Shown: positions 17,454-26,932, counted from the first letter of the stretch. The stretch: 36,561 nucleotides of DNA from Candidatus Omnitrophica bacterium CG11_big_fil_rev_8_21_14_0_20_63_9 (GCA_002796105.1 PCVX01000006.1:4456-41016); one strand, 5' to 3'. The notes: a model not told the origin generated them from the sequence alone. Numbers and translations are program-made.

Positions 17454-19109
17454 TTAGCGCGTCCGGGCAAGCGCCCGAGCCGCTTCCGAGAGGACGAGGA
17501 GGGCCAGCCCCATGAGGACGAGCGCGATGAGAGCAAGGCCATTGAAGGCGGGTTGTCCTGCGAAGAGCTGAGACAGCCAGGGCCCGGCGGTCAAGATGAG
17601 CGACCACATCGTCATGGTCAGCATGAACGCCGCCGGGATCGCGCTGATGAGCCAGGGCTTCTTCGTGCGCTTGAGCCACACGGTGATGGTCAGCAGCGTC
17701 AGCGCGGCCAGCAGCTGATTTGACGTCCCGAAGAGCGTCCAGAACACCTTCCAGGCCGGCACGATGTTGCCGGCCGCGTCTTTTACGACCCAGCTCATGC
17801 TCAGCGCCGGAAGTGCCAGCGTCAGGAGCGTGGCCCCAACCCCGCCCCAGCGGCCCTTCCACCCGGTGAGTTCCTGCAAGACGTAGCGCGCCAGGCGCGT
17901 GGCCACATCCAGCGTGTCATAGATGAACGTGGCGAAGGCCAGCAGCGCGAACGACCTCGCGAAGTCCGGGTTCACGCCGAAGCGCTCGACGAAATGGCTG
18001 ATCCCATTGGCATAGATCCGATCCGGCGACTGCTGCGTTGCCGGATCGCCTGGGGAGAGCAGCATGACGGTGGCGAGGGCGAGCACCGCCACGACCCCTT
18101 CCAGCAGCATCCCACCATACCCGACGATACGGCAGTCGGACTCCTTGGCGATCTGCTTCGAGGTCGTGCCGGAGCTGACGATCCCATGGAACCCTGAGCA
18201 GGCCCCGCACGCCACCGTCACGAACAGCAGCGGAAACAGCGGCAGTCCCTTTTGGCTCGTCCATCCCAAGAAGGCCGGATACTGGATGCGGTCGCCGCCC
18301 AGCAGCAGCCCGATAATGCCGGCCGCGAGCGTAACGTACAGAAAGAAGCCGCCCAGGTAGCCGCGCGGCTGCAGCAAGAGCCACATCGGCACGATCGAGG
18401 CGATGAAGCAGTAGGCCAGGATGATGCCATTCCAGAAAAGCTGCGGCCGCACCGCGCCGAGTGCGGGCAGCGCGAGCGGCGCGTGCTGCGCTCCCCAAAT
18501 CGCCAGCCCCACCAGCGGCAGGAAGATCGCGGTCGCCATCCCCAGCGACATGCGCAGCCGGTACAGGCACAAGCCCATGACCACCGCGAGCATCAGGTAC
18601 ACACTCGAAGATGTCGCGACCGCGCCGCCGTACGTCGGCTCGACGAACGAGCTGCTGGTGAGATCCGCAAAGGCGATGATGACGTAGATGAGCGACAGCC
18701 ACACAAACGCGAGAAAGAGCAAGTAGGCGCGTCGGCTCAGGTGCTCATGGACCAGCTCGACGATCGATTTCCCGTCATGCCGCACCGAGCTGACCAGGCT
18801 GGAGAAATCGTGCACCGCGCCCAGGAAGATGGCCCCCACCACGATCCACAACAGCGCAGGCAGCCAGCCGAACCAGAGGCCGGCCAGGATCGGGCCAACG
18901 ATGGGGCCGGCTGCGGCGATCGCGGAAAAGTGCTGGCCGAGTAGGAGCGGCGCTTTCGCCGGCACGAAGTCGACGCCGTCGTTGATGCGGGTCGCCGGGG
19001 TCGCGCGCTTCGCGCTCAGGTCAAACCACCGGGCCAAGAGGCGGCCATATCCGAGATAACCCAGCAGAAACAGGCCGCACGCGGCGATGGCCACGGCAAA
19101 TAGGCTCAT
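17454..19109 (-). CDS. cstA: Carbon starvation protein A family transporter
   Basis: TPA...DGVDFVP, GQHFSAIAAAGPIVGP, LLQPRGYL, ACGACSGFH and LFGTSNQLLA motifs. Start is ATG 19109. Confidence 0.93.
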   Translation of the reverse strand: MSLFAVAIAACGLFLLGYLGYGRLLARWFDLSAKRATPATRINDGVDFVPAKAPLLLGQHFSAIAAAGPIVGPILAGLWFGWLPALLWIVVGAIFLGAVHDFSSLVSSVRHDGKSIVELVHEHLSRRAYLLFLAFVWLSLIYVIIAFADLTSSSFVEPTYGGAVATSSSVYLMLAVVMGLCLYRLRMSLGMATAIFLPLVGLAIWGAQHAPLALPALGAVRPQLFWNGIILAYCFIASIVPMWLLLQPRGYLGGFFLYVTLAAGIIGLLLGGDRIQYPAFLGWTSQKGLPLFPLLFVTVACGACSGFHGIVSSGTTSKQIAKESDCRIVGYGGMLLEGVVAVLALATVMLLSPGDPATQQSPDRIYANGISHFVERFGVNPDFARSFALLAFATFIYDTLDVATRLARYVLQELTGWKGRWGGVGATLLTLALPALSMSWVVKDAAGNIVPAWKVFWTLFGTSNQLLAALTLLTITVWLKRTKKPWLISAIPAAFMLTMTMWSLILTAGPWLSQLFAGQPAFNGLALIALVLMGLALLVLSEAARALARTR

Positions 19110-20425
19110 GCCACCGACCTCTGCGACCACCAGTACAAGGGAATGCCCAGCGCCATCCAGCCAAAGCCGAAGGCGGTGTCTTTCGGTGCTTCGATCCACA
19201 GATTGGCGATAAAGCCTACCATGGTCAGGCAGAACAACAGCGCGGTCCAGGGATATCCCCACGCGCGGTACGGACGCTGGAGCTTGGGCTGCCGCCGCCG
19301 CAGGATGATCACGCCGGCGACCGCCATCACGTAAAACACGGTGATCGCCACCGTCGAGTAGGTGGCGATCTGGTCGAACGTTTTCGTGCAGACCAGGACG
19401 ATGACGACGGCCGCATTCACCCATAGGGCGAGCGCCGGGGTCCGGTGCTTGGGATGCAGCCTGCCCAACCGGGCGAACAGGGCATGGTCCTGCCCCAGGG
19501 CATACAGGATGCGGCCGCCGGTCAGGATGTAGCCATTGGCCGCGCCGAATGCCGAGCAGGCGATCAACCCCGCCATGAGCAACCCGCCCCACGGGCCGAT
19601 GGCGCCCTCAACGACCCTGGCGGCCACCAGCGGTGTCGAGGGCAGTGCGGCGATGGGGACCGCCAGCATGTAGGCCGCGCTCACCGCGACATACAGGAAG
19701 CCCGTCAACACCAAACCCTGCAGCATGGCTTGCGGCACCGTCCGGGTGGGGTCCTGCACTTCTTCGGCGATGTACGCCGCTTCGGTCCACCCGCCGTAGG
19801 CGAAGAGCACGAAGACCAGCGCCACACCCATCGACTGCACCGTTGAGAATTTGACCGGAGGAAGGCTCCAGTCGGGCGAAGCGGATGCGTTCCCCAAGAA
19901 GAGGTGGATCCCTGCCAAGACGACGATCGCGAGTGCTGCCATTTTCACGAGCGTGAAGAGGTTCTGAACCAGCGCCCCCCAGCGCACGCCGGCCACGTTG
20001 ACCCACGTTAGCAGCAGCGTTGCTCCCACGGCCAGCGCGCGCCCCGCGCCCGGCGGATACGGCATAACGCGGCTAAGATACTCCGCGAAAAAGAATACCA
20101 GAATGGCGATCGTGCCGGTGCGCTCGACGAACAGCTTGGTCCAGCCGAACAGGAAGCCCCAGAAGCGGCCGTAGATGCGGCTGATGTAAACATAATCACC
20201 GCCGGTGGAGGGAAAGAGCGCAGCCAGCTCCGCATAACAGAGTGCTCCGCACAAGGAGAGCAGCCCGCCGAGGACCCATAAGAGCACAATCAAGCCAGGC
20301 GACTGCAGGTGGTTGGCGATCGAGCTGGCACTTCGGAAGATCCCCACGCCGACGATGCAGCCGATGACCAGCATCGTGGCGTCCCGGAGGGTCAGGGAGC
20401 GCAACAGGGTCGGCTGACGGCTCAT
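19106..20425 (-). CDS. APC-family amino acid permease
   Basis: IVGVGIF, YAEL, GGDYVY, FAYGGW, EEVQDP and RPYR motifs; many TM segments. Start is ATG 20425. Confidence 0.92.
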   Translation of the reverse strand: MSRQPTLLRSLTLRDATMLVIGCIVGVGIFRSASSIANHLQSPGLIVLLWVLGGLLSLCGALCYAELAALFPSTGGDYVYISRIYGRFWGFLFGWTKLFVERTGTIAILVFFFAEYLSRVMPYPPGAGRALAVGATLLLTWVNVAGVRWGALVQNLFTLVKMAALAIVVLAGIHLFLGNASASPDWSLPPVKFSTVQSMGVALVFVLFAYGGWTEAAYIAEEVQDPTRTVPQAMLQGLVLTGFLYVAVSAAYMLAVPIAALPSTPLVAARVVEGAIGPWGGLLMAGLIACSAFGAANGYILTGGRILYALGQDHALFARLGRLHPKHRTPALALWVNAAVVIVLVCTKTFDQIATYSTVAITVFYVMAVAGVIILRRRQPKLQRPYRAWGYPWTALLFCLTMVGFIANLWIEAPKDTAFGFGWMALGIPLYWWSQRSVA

Positions 20426-20441
20426 GGGGAGGCCGAAGCGC

Positions 20442-21272
20442 TCAACACGAGGAGCTGCAGTAGTGCCAGTGCCACGGCTCGAAGGCGGTGTGGTAGGCGT
20501 TATTTCGTGGATACGAAATGGCAAATCCAAAGCCTTGGGCATGCCGCGCAAGCCATTGGTATTCCGGGAGCGCCTCAAATTCCTCCGGGCGGTCCTCGCC
20601 GTTGATGCCGTCTTCATTGATGAAGTCGATCGCCTGCCGTGCGGGGTTGCCATGCTCGCTATGGCCTGGGAGTGCCACGAACCGGTTGGTTTCCACGATC
20701 GAGTAGTCGTGATTAGGCAGGTAGTGAAGGAACAGATACAGCTGATAGGCCGGCGAGCGGTAGCCGGATTCGACGAGCAGGCGCCTGCCGAGGTCGAGCT
20801 CCATCGCGTCCATCATGCGTCCGTACGCTTCCAGCGCCGGCCGGGGCAAATACTGGGGGTTCAGGATGGTTTCTTCGCGCTCGCCCTGCGGCCGGCGGAT
20901 GGTCTGACGCCCGACCGGTAGGATCGTGGGGGCGGTCATCGGCTCGCCGAAGTAATGGCTGGTGGCGCCGAGCTCTGCGGCTCGCAGCGCGCGGAACTCA
21001 TCAAGGAACACCCGCTGCTGGCCGGTAAGCGGCTCGTACAGCGCTTCCCATGCGAGGAGGATCGCGGAGCCGTCCTGCTGCTTCTCCGTGATCATCGGGT
21101 GGAGCGTTTCAAGCGCGTGGTGGAGTAGCTCGATTTCGAACGACGTCAGTCGCTCTGTATTGACCGCCTGAAGAGAGGGTGCGGCCCAGAAGAGCGACGA
21201 CACCACAGAGGCACAGAACACCACAGAGACACAGAGATGTTTCCAGGGGTTCTCTCCGTGTCTCTGTGCCAT
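20442..21272 (-). CDS. VanY-like M15B D-Ala-D-Ala carboxypeptidase, probably exported
   Basis: SGYRS, ALPGHSEH, AID, SYP and FEPWHW motifs. Start is uncertain because it lies inside a palindrome. Confidence 0.85.
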   Translation of the reverse strand: MAQRHGENPWKHLCVSVVFCASVVSSLFWAAPSLQAVNTERLTSFEIELLHHALETLHPMITEKQQDGSAILLAWEALYEPLTGQQRVFLDEFRALRAAELGATSHYFGEPMTAPTILPVGRQTIRRPQGEREETILNPQYLPRPALEAYGRMMDAMELDLGRRLLVESGYRSPAYQLYLFLHYLPNHDYSIVETNRFVALPGHSEHGNPARQAIDFINEDGINGEDRPEEFEALPEYQWLARHAQGFGFAISYPRNNAYHTAFEPWHWHYCSSSC

Positions 21273-21289
21273 TCTGTGTTTCTGTGGTG
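21201..21289. repeat. CACAGAG-type inverted repeat element
   Basis: 37-nt arms (21201-21237 and 21253-21289), 31/37 complementary, built from CACAGA(G) units. Confidence 0.85.
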
Positions 21290-21298
21290 CAAGTTTTT

Positions 21299-21994
21299 CT
21301 AGCGTTTCTTGCCCCGGATTTCCTCAATGAGGTCGGAGGTCCAGCGGCCAGCCAGGTCCTTGCAACCCAGCCCGAAGGCCAGCGCAGCTCCCAGGCTGAA
21401 TCCGGCCAAGACGATCAGCAGCGCTTCCTGGAAGAAGGGGATCTGTAGCTGCCGCAGCGCGGCCACCGCAGCGAAAATCACCACCACGCTCTGCACCAGC
21501 TGGCCGAGCAAGTGCGCTTGAAGGATCCCGGCGTTGCTGGCGGCCGTGCGCACGGTGGTGCCCAAGAAGGACGCGACGAACATCCCGAAGATGACGATCA
21601 GGAGCGCGGCGATGATGTTGGGCACGTACGTGACCGCCGACTGGAACAGTTGGGCGGCTTGGGTCAGATCGAGCGCGTTGAACACCACGGTGACGACGGT
21701 CAGCATGACGAGCCAGTAAAAGATCATGCCGATCAGCTCGGAGAGCCGGTGCTTGATGCCGCCGCGACTGAGCACAGAGGTCAGCTGGACTTGGTCGGCC
21801 AGCTTGTCGATCGGGACCGCCTTCAGGATTTTCACGATGAGCTGCTCGAGCACTTTCGCGATCACCCAACCGATGAGGAAGAGCAGCAGGGCGCCGAGGA
21901 GACGGGGCAAGAACGCCGCCAGCTGTGCTAGCAACGTCCGCACCGGTTCCACGATCACTTCGTCAAGCCACGAGCCGGCCACGTACCCGTCCAT
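21299..21994 (-). CDS. Conserved TM-helix-repeat membrane protein (MscS-related/CmpX-like)
   Basis: Two LP.(L/I)..A.L...(I/F)G TM-helix repeats (FLPRLLGALLLFLIGW, YVPNIIAALLIVIFG) and ALAFGLG. Confidence 0.82.
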   Translation of the reverse strand: MDGYVAGSWLDEVIVEPVRTLLAQLAAFLPRLLGALLLFLIGWVIAKVLEQLIVKILKAVPIDKLADQVQLTSVLSRGGIKHRLSELIGMIFYWLVMLTVVTVVFNALDLTQAAQLFQSAVTYVPNIIAALLIVIFGMFVASFLGTTVRTAASNAGILQAHLLGQLVQSVVVIFAAVAALRQLQIPFFQEALLIVLAGFSLGAALAFGLGCKDLAGRWTSDLIEEIRGKKR

Positions 21995-22032
21995 CGAGCC
22001 ACCCCCCTGTGGTTGGCGTGCCCCCTCACAAC

Positions 22033-22410
22033 TTACTGCGGCGTGCCCGATTCGGTCCCCTCAGCCGAGAAGACGTACTCCGGCTGGATGACCGACTCAT
22101 AATTTGGAGGAGCAGGGAAGGGGAACGTGAAGAATTCGTACAATCCTGCGGCGGTGCGGATGAAGCCGTATCCAAGGCCGCGCAACAACCCCCAGGTGAA
22201 ACCTGCGGCGTTGCCGGAACTTTGGGAGGTTTCGTGGATGCGCTTGGGGACCTCGACCCAGCCGGTCACGGTATTGATCGTGCCGCGGGTCAGCTTGGCG
22301 AAGCCTTTGCCGGCATCCATGCCTTCAGCAAAAGCGGATGCCGAGGCGCTGCAGCAGAGCAGGGCGACCCACAATGCCCGCCGAGCCCAAATCGGGGGTG
22401 CGGAAAACAT
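22033..22410 (-). CDS. Exosortase-system-associated protein (TIGR04073-like)
   Basis: Signal peptide, then KLTRGTIN..TGWVEVP...G..RG....R..AG.YE..TFPFP. Confidence 0.8.
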   Translation of the reverse strand: MFSAPPIWARRALWVALLCCSASASAFAEGMDAGKGFAKLTRGTINTVTGWVEVPKRIHETSQSSGNAAGFTWGLLRGLGYGFIRTAAGLYEFFTFPFPAPPNYESVIQPEYVFSAEGTESGTPQ

Positions 22411-22458
22411 CACCGTGCTTCTTACTTTAGCAATGCCGCTTAGGAAAAGCAAGTCGCG

Positions 22459-22467
22459 TGGTACAAT
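22459..22467 (+). promoter_or_regulatory. Extended -10 promoter (near-leaderless)
   Basis: TGgTACAAT ends 9 nt before ATG 22477; no SD. Confidence 0.55.
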
Positions 22468-22476
22468 GGCCGCCTT

Positions 22477-24066
22477 ATGCCAGCTTCCGCGCACGAACAG
22501 CGTCTGGTGCGGTGGCTCTCACAGCCCGGCGCGTATCCCCATCCGGCGCAGGCCATTGAGCGGCGCGAGACGCATGTCTCGCACGTCTTCCTCGCCGGCG
22601 CCTTCGCCTATAAGTTGAAGAAGCCGGTGAAATTTCCCTTCCTCGATGCCTCCACGCTGGCGCTGCGAAAGCGCTTTTGCCGGCTCGAGCTGTCCTTGAA
22701 TCGCCGCTTGGCTCCCGCGGTCTACCTCACGATGGTTCCGGTGGTGGAAACGCCCCGCGGACTGCGGTTGGGGGGCCGGGGTAGGATTATCGAGTGGCTG
22801 GTGAAGATGCGCCGGCTGCCGGAGGAGCGCATGTTGGACCAGGTGGTCGCGCGCCGCCAAGTCACCCGGCGCGACATGCGGCGCATCGCCAGGCGGCTGG
22901 TGCCGTTTTTCCTGCGGGCGGCCCGCGGGGGGCGCATCGCGCGCTTTGGCGAGCCGGCACAGGTCCGCGCGCTGGTGCTCGGCAACTTGCAGGAGTGCCA
23001 GCCGTTCCTTGGCACTTTGTTGGAGGAAGGGGACCGGCGGTTCGTGGAACAGGCCTACCGCCAGTTCCTGGCGCTGAATGAGCCGCTGCTGGCGCGCCGC
23101 GTGCGGGAGCGCCGTATCATCGACGGCCACGGCGATTTGCGCTGCGAGAACATCTGCATGACCCAGCCGGTGAACGTGTTCGATTGCGTGGAGTTCCAGC
23201 CGGCGTTCCGCTGCGCAGATGTCGTGAACGATTTGGCATTCTTGCTGATGGACCTGGAGTCCAGGGGCCGACAGGATTTGGCTCAAGCGCTCCAGGACGC
23301 GTGCCGGGGCCCGCTGCACGATCCGGATTTTGAGCGGCTGCTGCCGTTCTACAAATGCCACCGCACGCTGGTGCGGGGCAAGGTGCGAGGTTTTGCGTGG
23401 CTGCAGCATCCACGGACGGTCCAAGGCCGCCGCATCCGCGGGCTCTCGCGGCGCCACTTCCAACTGGCGGTCGAGTACGCCAAGCGGTTCTCGCGACCCC
23501 GGCTCATCGTGGTGGGTGGGTTGATCGGCAGCGGCAAAAGCACGCTGGCCCGCGGCCTCTCGGAAGCGCTGGGCGCGGCGTGGCTGCGCACCGATCAGAT
23601 CCGCTTGACCGAGTTTGCGAAACGGCGCCGCTCCAGGCAGGGATTTGCCGAGGGAATCTACGCGCCCCGGGTGTCTGAACAGGTGTACGACCGGATGATC
23701 CGGCGGGCGGAGCAATTAGTGCGCTGCGGAGAGAGCGTGGTGTGTGACGGCACCTTTTCCAAAGCGCAGGGTCGGGAAGCGCTGTGGCGCATCGCCAAGC
23801 GCTACGGCGCTGGCTTCCACTTCTTTGAATGCGCGATCCCCAAGGCGGTCGCGCTGCGCCGCATCGCCAAGCGCTACGCCGCGCGCACGGATATCTCTGA
23901 AGCCCGCCCGGAGCACTACGACCGGCTCAAAGCGGATTTTGAGCCGGTGCGAGGATGGTCCGCCCGGGAGTGGACCCGCATTTCCGACAACCGCGCCTCC
24001 GGCGCTACGTTTCGCGAAGCGTTGCGTATTCTCCAACGCCTGGCCTATAATGGGGTTTCGGGTTGA
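22477..24066 (+). CDS. APH-like kinase fused to a P-loop kinase (Rv2004c / COG2187+COG0645 type)
   Basis: ETHVSHVFL, YKLKKPV, LNRRLAP, HGDL, FDCVEF, Walker A GLIGSGKS and SEA motifs. Confidence 0.9.
   Translation: MPASAHEQRLVRWLSQPGAYPHPAQAIERRETHVSHVFLAGAFAYKLKKPVKFPFLDASTLALRKRFCRLELSLNRRLAPAVYLTMVPVVETPRGLRLGGRGRIIEWLVKMRRLPEERMLDQVVARRQVTRRDMRRIARRLVPFFLRAARGGRIARFGEPAQVRALVLGNLQECQPFLGTLLEEGDRRFVEQAYRQFLALNEPLLARRVRERRIIDGHGDLRCENICMTQPVNVFDCVEFQPAFRCADVVNDLAFLLMDLESRGRQDLAQALQDACRGPLHDPDFERLLPFYKCHRTLVRGKVRGFAWLQHPRTVQGRRIRGLSRRHFQLAVEYAKRFSRPRLIVVGGLIGSGKSTLARGLSEALGAAWLRTDQIRLTEFAKRRRSRQGFAEGIYAPRVSEQVYDRMIRRAEQLVRCGESVVCDGTFSKAQGREALWRIAKRYGAGFHFFECAIPKAVALRRIAKRYAARTDISEARPEHYDRLKADFEPVRGWSAREWTRISDNRASGATFREALRILQRLAYNGVSG
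24022..24051 (+). promoter_or_regulatory. Putative sodN promoter inside the end of the upstream gene
   Basis: TTGCGT-18 nt-TATAAT. Confidence 0.5.
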
Positions 24067-24101
24067 TTTGTGAGGCCCTACCCACCACTGAAGGAGGCAC
24101 C

Positions 24102-24569
24102 ATGTCACCCATCCGCCGTTTGACCCACACGTTTGACCGTCTGCTAGGGATCGAACCGCTCCACGCGCACTGCGACGTGCCTTGCGGCATCTATGACCCG
24201 CACGGCGCGCAACTGGGTGCCAAAACTGTGTTCACCATGGTCAAGAAGATGACGGATCTGCCTGTCCCTCCGTCCAGCGCCCCGGCGCAGGAGCAGTTGG
24301 CCTATCGCAATACCATTGTCCGTATGACGACGACAAAAGAAGACCATGCGCGTTTGTGCAAACAGGAGCTCCTCATCCTGTGGACCGACTACTTCAAGCC
24401 GGAGCATCTAAGCATGTTTCCCGACCTCCACGAGACGTTTTGGAAAGCGGCCAAGCTGTGCTCTGCCGACAAGCAAAACGTCGACCTTGGCAAAGCGCAA
24501 GAGCTGGTCGATGCGGTCAACAAGATCGCCGAGATGTTCCAGAAGGCCGAGGCCGCCAAGAAGAAGTAG
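24102..24569 (+). CDS. sodN: Nickel superoxide dismutase precursor
   Basis: Ni-hook HCDVPCGIYDP after a leader ending in ...LHA; LWTDYFK motif; AAGGAGG SD. Confidence 0.96.
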   Translation: MSPIRRLTHTFDRLLGIEPLHAHCDVPCGIYDPHGAQLGAKTVFTMVKKMTDLPVPPSSAPAQEQLAYRNTIVRMTTTKEDHARLCKQELLILWTDYFKPEHLSMFPDLHETFWKAAKLCSADKQNVDLGKAQELVDAVNKIAEMFQKAEAAKKK

Positions 24570-24575
24570 CGCCCT

Positions 24576-24884
24576 ATGCGATATCGGCTGATGCGGGTGC
24601 AGGGTTCCAGCATGAGCCCGACCCTCAATGACGGCGATCTCGTCATTGTGGATCGGGAGCTTACCGACGTCCCACCGGCCGGGACGATCGTGGCGGCGCG
24701 TCCCGCCGGACTGGATGGCAAGGCGGTGGTCAAGCGCGTCAGCGCCGTCTGCGCCGAGCAGCTCACCCTGTTGGGCGATAACCCCTTCGACAGCCTGGAT
24801 TCCCGCCGCCTAGGCCCTGTGCCCCGTAGGGACCTCCTCGGTTCGGTGCGCCTCCGTTTATGGCCCTGGTCCCGCATTCGATGA
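24576..24884 (+). CDS. sodX: Ni-SOD maturation protease (S26-like)
   Basis: GSSMSPTL, VVKRV and GDNPFDSLDSR motifs; adjacent to sodN. Confidence 0.9.
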   Translation: MRYRLMRVQGSSMSPTLNDGDLVIVDRELTDVPPAGTIVAARPAGLDGKAVVKRVSAVCAEQLTLLGDNPFDSLDSRRLGPVPRRDLLGSVRLRLWPWSRIR

Positions 24885-26263
24885 AGCGCATCTTGGTCAT
24901 TCTCGCGATTCTCGTGGTGGTGGGGATCCTCGCCTTGGGGATTTTTATCGCGACGTTCGACGCCAACCGGTACCGGCCGGCCGTCCTTCGCGAACTCCAG
25001 AAAGCGACCGGCAAGCCGGTGCACCTGGACCGGTTGAAGCTCGCATGGCGCGGCGGGATCGCCTTGCAGCTCGAAGGATTACGCATCGATGAGTCTGCGG
25101 CTGCACCGGAACCGTTGATCGCCATTGAGCGGGCCAGCGCCGTTGTCCGCTTGTGGCCGCTGCTGCGCCGGGACGTTCAGATCACGTCGGTCATCCTTGA
25201 GCGGCCGCATATCCTGATCGCGCGCGACGCCCAAGGCCGGGTCAATCTGCTGGGCTTGGCGGCCGCTGGAGCGCCAGCCGCCGCGTCAGGCCAGGAAGTG
25301 GAGCTCGGCGCGCAGCCGGTGACGATCAATATCGCCTCGCTGCAGATCAAAGACGGCACGGTGCATTGGACCGACGCGATGAGCACGCCCGCGATGGATC
25401 TGCGCTTCACGGCCGTCAATCTGACGGCAAAGAACATCATGCCGGGACAGCCGATGGACATCGAGCTGACCGGGGCGTTGGTATCCGACACGCCGAATCT
25501 GCGCGTGGCCGGACGACTCACGCCGCCCGGCCCGGAGAACGCCGGATCGATCGAGCGGCTGGCGTTTGACGTCAACCAGCTGCCGCTTCAAGACGTGTTG
25601 CCGCCCAGCCGTCCGGAGGACCCGAAGCTGCGCGGCATGGTGACGATGACGCTTGAAGGCGAAGCGGCCAGCTTGGCGCCTGAGAAGGTCCTGCAGTCCA
25701 TCAGCGGCACCGGCACGGTGAAGCTGGAACGGGGCGTGCTGGCCAACATCAATATCCTGCGCATGGTGTTCGAGCGGCTCTCGATCATCCCCGGATTGGT
25801 GCAGACATTCGAGGCGCGGCTGCCGGAGGACTACCGGGCCAAACTCACCGCCACCGACACCGTGCTGGAACCCATCACCTTGCCGGTATCGTTTGCTCCG
25901 GGCTTGCTCCAATTCGACCGCTTCACGATCCGCTCCGATACCTTCGGGCTCTCCGGTGCCGGACGGGTCGGGATGGACGGCACGGTCGCGCTGAACACGC
26001 AGCTGCGCATTGATCCAACGCTGTCGAAGGCGCTCATTGCGAGCGTCAATGAGCTGCAAGCGCTTGCCGACGCCCAGGGCGCCATCGAGCTGCCGGTGGC
26101 GATCCAGGGCAAGCCATACGGCCTGGCGGTCTTGCCCGATCTGAACTACGTCGCGTCCAAGGTCGTGACGACGAAAGTCGAGGATTTGATCGGCAACTTC
26201 CTCAACAAGGCGTTCGAGCGCGAAGAGCCAAGCGCCGAGCCTGTCCCCGCACCCGCCCAGTAA
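24881..26263 (+). CDS. AsmA-family protein
   Basis: N-terminal TM anchor, FDANRYRP...ATGKPV start, beta-rich body, C-terminal LPVAIQG. Confidence 0.82.
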   Translation: MKRILVILAILVVVGILALGIFIATFDANRYRPAVLRELQKATGKPVHLDRLKLAWRGGIALQLEGLRIDESAAAPEPLIAIERASAVVRLWPLLRRDVQITSVILERPHILIARDAQGRVNLLGLAAAGAPAAASGQEVELGAQPVTINIASLQIKDGTVHWTDAMSTPAMDLRFTAVNLTAKNIMPGQPMDIELTGALVSDTPNLRVAGRLTPPGPENAGSIERLAFDVNQLPLQDVLPPSRPEDPKLRGMVTMTLEGEAASLAPEKVLQSISGTGTVKLERGVLANINILRMVFERLSIIPGLVQTFEARLPEDYRAKLTATDTVLEPITLPVSFAPGLLQFDRFTIRSDTFGLSGAGRVGMDGTVALNTQLRIDPTLSKALIASVNELQALADAQGAIELPVAIQGKPYGLAVLPDLNYVASKVVTTKVEDLIGNFLNKAFEREEPSAEPVPAPAQ

Positions 26264-26278
26264 ATTTTCCCGCGCGCC

Positions 26279-26308
26279 TTGACGTTTCGCACAGACCTTA
26301 GGTAGACT
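26279..26308 (+). promoter_or_regulatory. Sigma70-type promoter upstream of the riboswitch
   Basis: TTGACG-18 nt-TAGACT. Confidence 0.6.
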
Positions 26309-26340
26309 TCATGTAACAGTAGGTCGCAACACGGGTTTGA

Positions 26341-26424
26341 CATTCTCGATAACGGCAAACTCCGAGCAATCGGAGGACGCAAAGCCACGGGTCCTACAGG
26401 GACAGCCGGGTTACCGAAAGAATG
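26341..26424 (+). ncRNA. Cyclic di-GMP-I (GEMM) riboswitch aptamer
   Basis: GGCAAAC-TCCGA-GCAA-TCGGA-GGACGCAAAGCC...GGGTC...GACAGCCGGGTTACCG: GNRA-capped P2, conserved GCAAAG junction, P1 from CATTCT/AGAATG. Confidence 0.9.
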
Positions 26425-26469
26425 CATATGTTCACGACATCCACCGCACTGACTGCACGCAGCCATGCT

Positions 26470-26500
26470 GCGTGCGTTTCCTTTTCCCGCACGCTTTCTT
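26470..26500 (+). terminator. Putative expression-platform terminator of the riboswitch
   Basis: GCGTGCG / CGCACGC stem followed by TTTCTT; competes with hairpin 26455-26475. Confidence 0.5.
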
Positions 26501-26512
26501 CCTGTGGGCGCC

Positions 26513-26884
26513 ATGCTTGAGCCCAGCGCCGTGCTTCTCCTGCTGGGCCTGATTGGTGCATGCCTGGTGGCCTTGACCTTCACGATCGTCTGGCTCACCT
26601 GGAACTTCCATCAAACGCTCCGTCGCCTGGACGCCCTGCTCAACGTCGCCACGCCGGCCATCCGCGAGGCGCGCCGCTCATTACAGGAACTCCGGCGCAT
26701 TCTTGAAAAAACCCATCATGCGACTCGAACGGTTGAAATGGTGGTCCAGCGGGCGTGTGATGCGGCCTCGGAGGCGCTGGAGCATGTGGCTGATTGGACC
26801 GGTAAGGCGCGTTCGCTGTGGCGACCATCGCATCGGACAAATGGGGCGAGGGGGGAACCTCGCCGTCGGCATCCGGGCGCTTGA
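26513..26884 (+). CDS. DUF948/YtxG-like membrane-anchored coiled-coil protein
   Basis: N-terminal TM segment followed by amphipathic helices; precedes a YtxH-like gene. Confidence 0.65.
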   Translation: MLEPSAVLLLLGLIGACLVALTFTIVWLTWNFHQTLRRLDALLNVATPAIREARRSLQELRRILEKTHHATRTVEMVVQRACDAASEALEHVADWTGKARSLWRPSHRTNGARGEPRRRHPGA

Positions 26885-26932
26885 GGAAAGCATCCGGAGT
26901 GTGGCAGTGGGTGTATAGAGGAGGGTTCGTGG

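Noticed and set aside
21201-21289. CRISPR array
   Set aside because: Short units arranged as one inverted repeat, with no unique spacers and no cas genes.
20442-24066. Antibiotic resistance locus (VanY-like and APH-like genes)
   Set aside because: No vanHAX or regulator genes; both families are widespread and have no demonstrated resistance role here.
26341-26424. 3',3'-cGAMP (GEMM-Ib) riboswitch variant
   Set aside because: The discriminating position reads G (GGCAAAC), as in c-di-GMP-specific aptamers.
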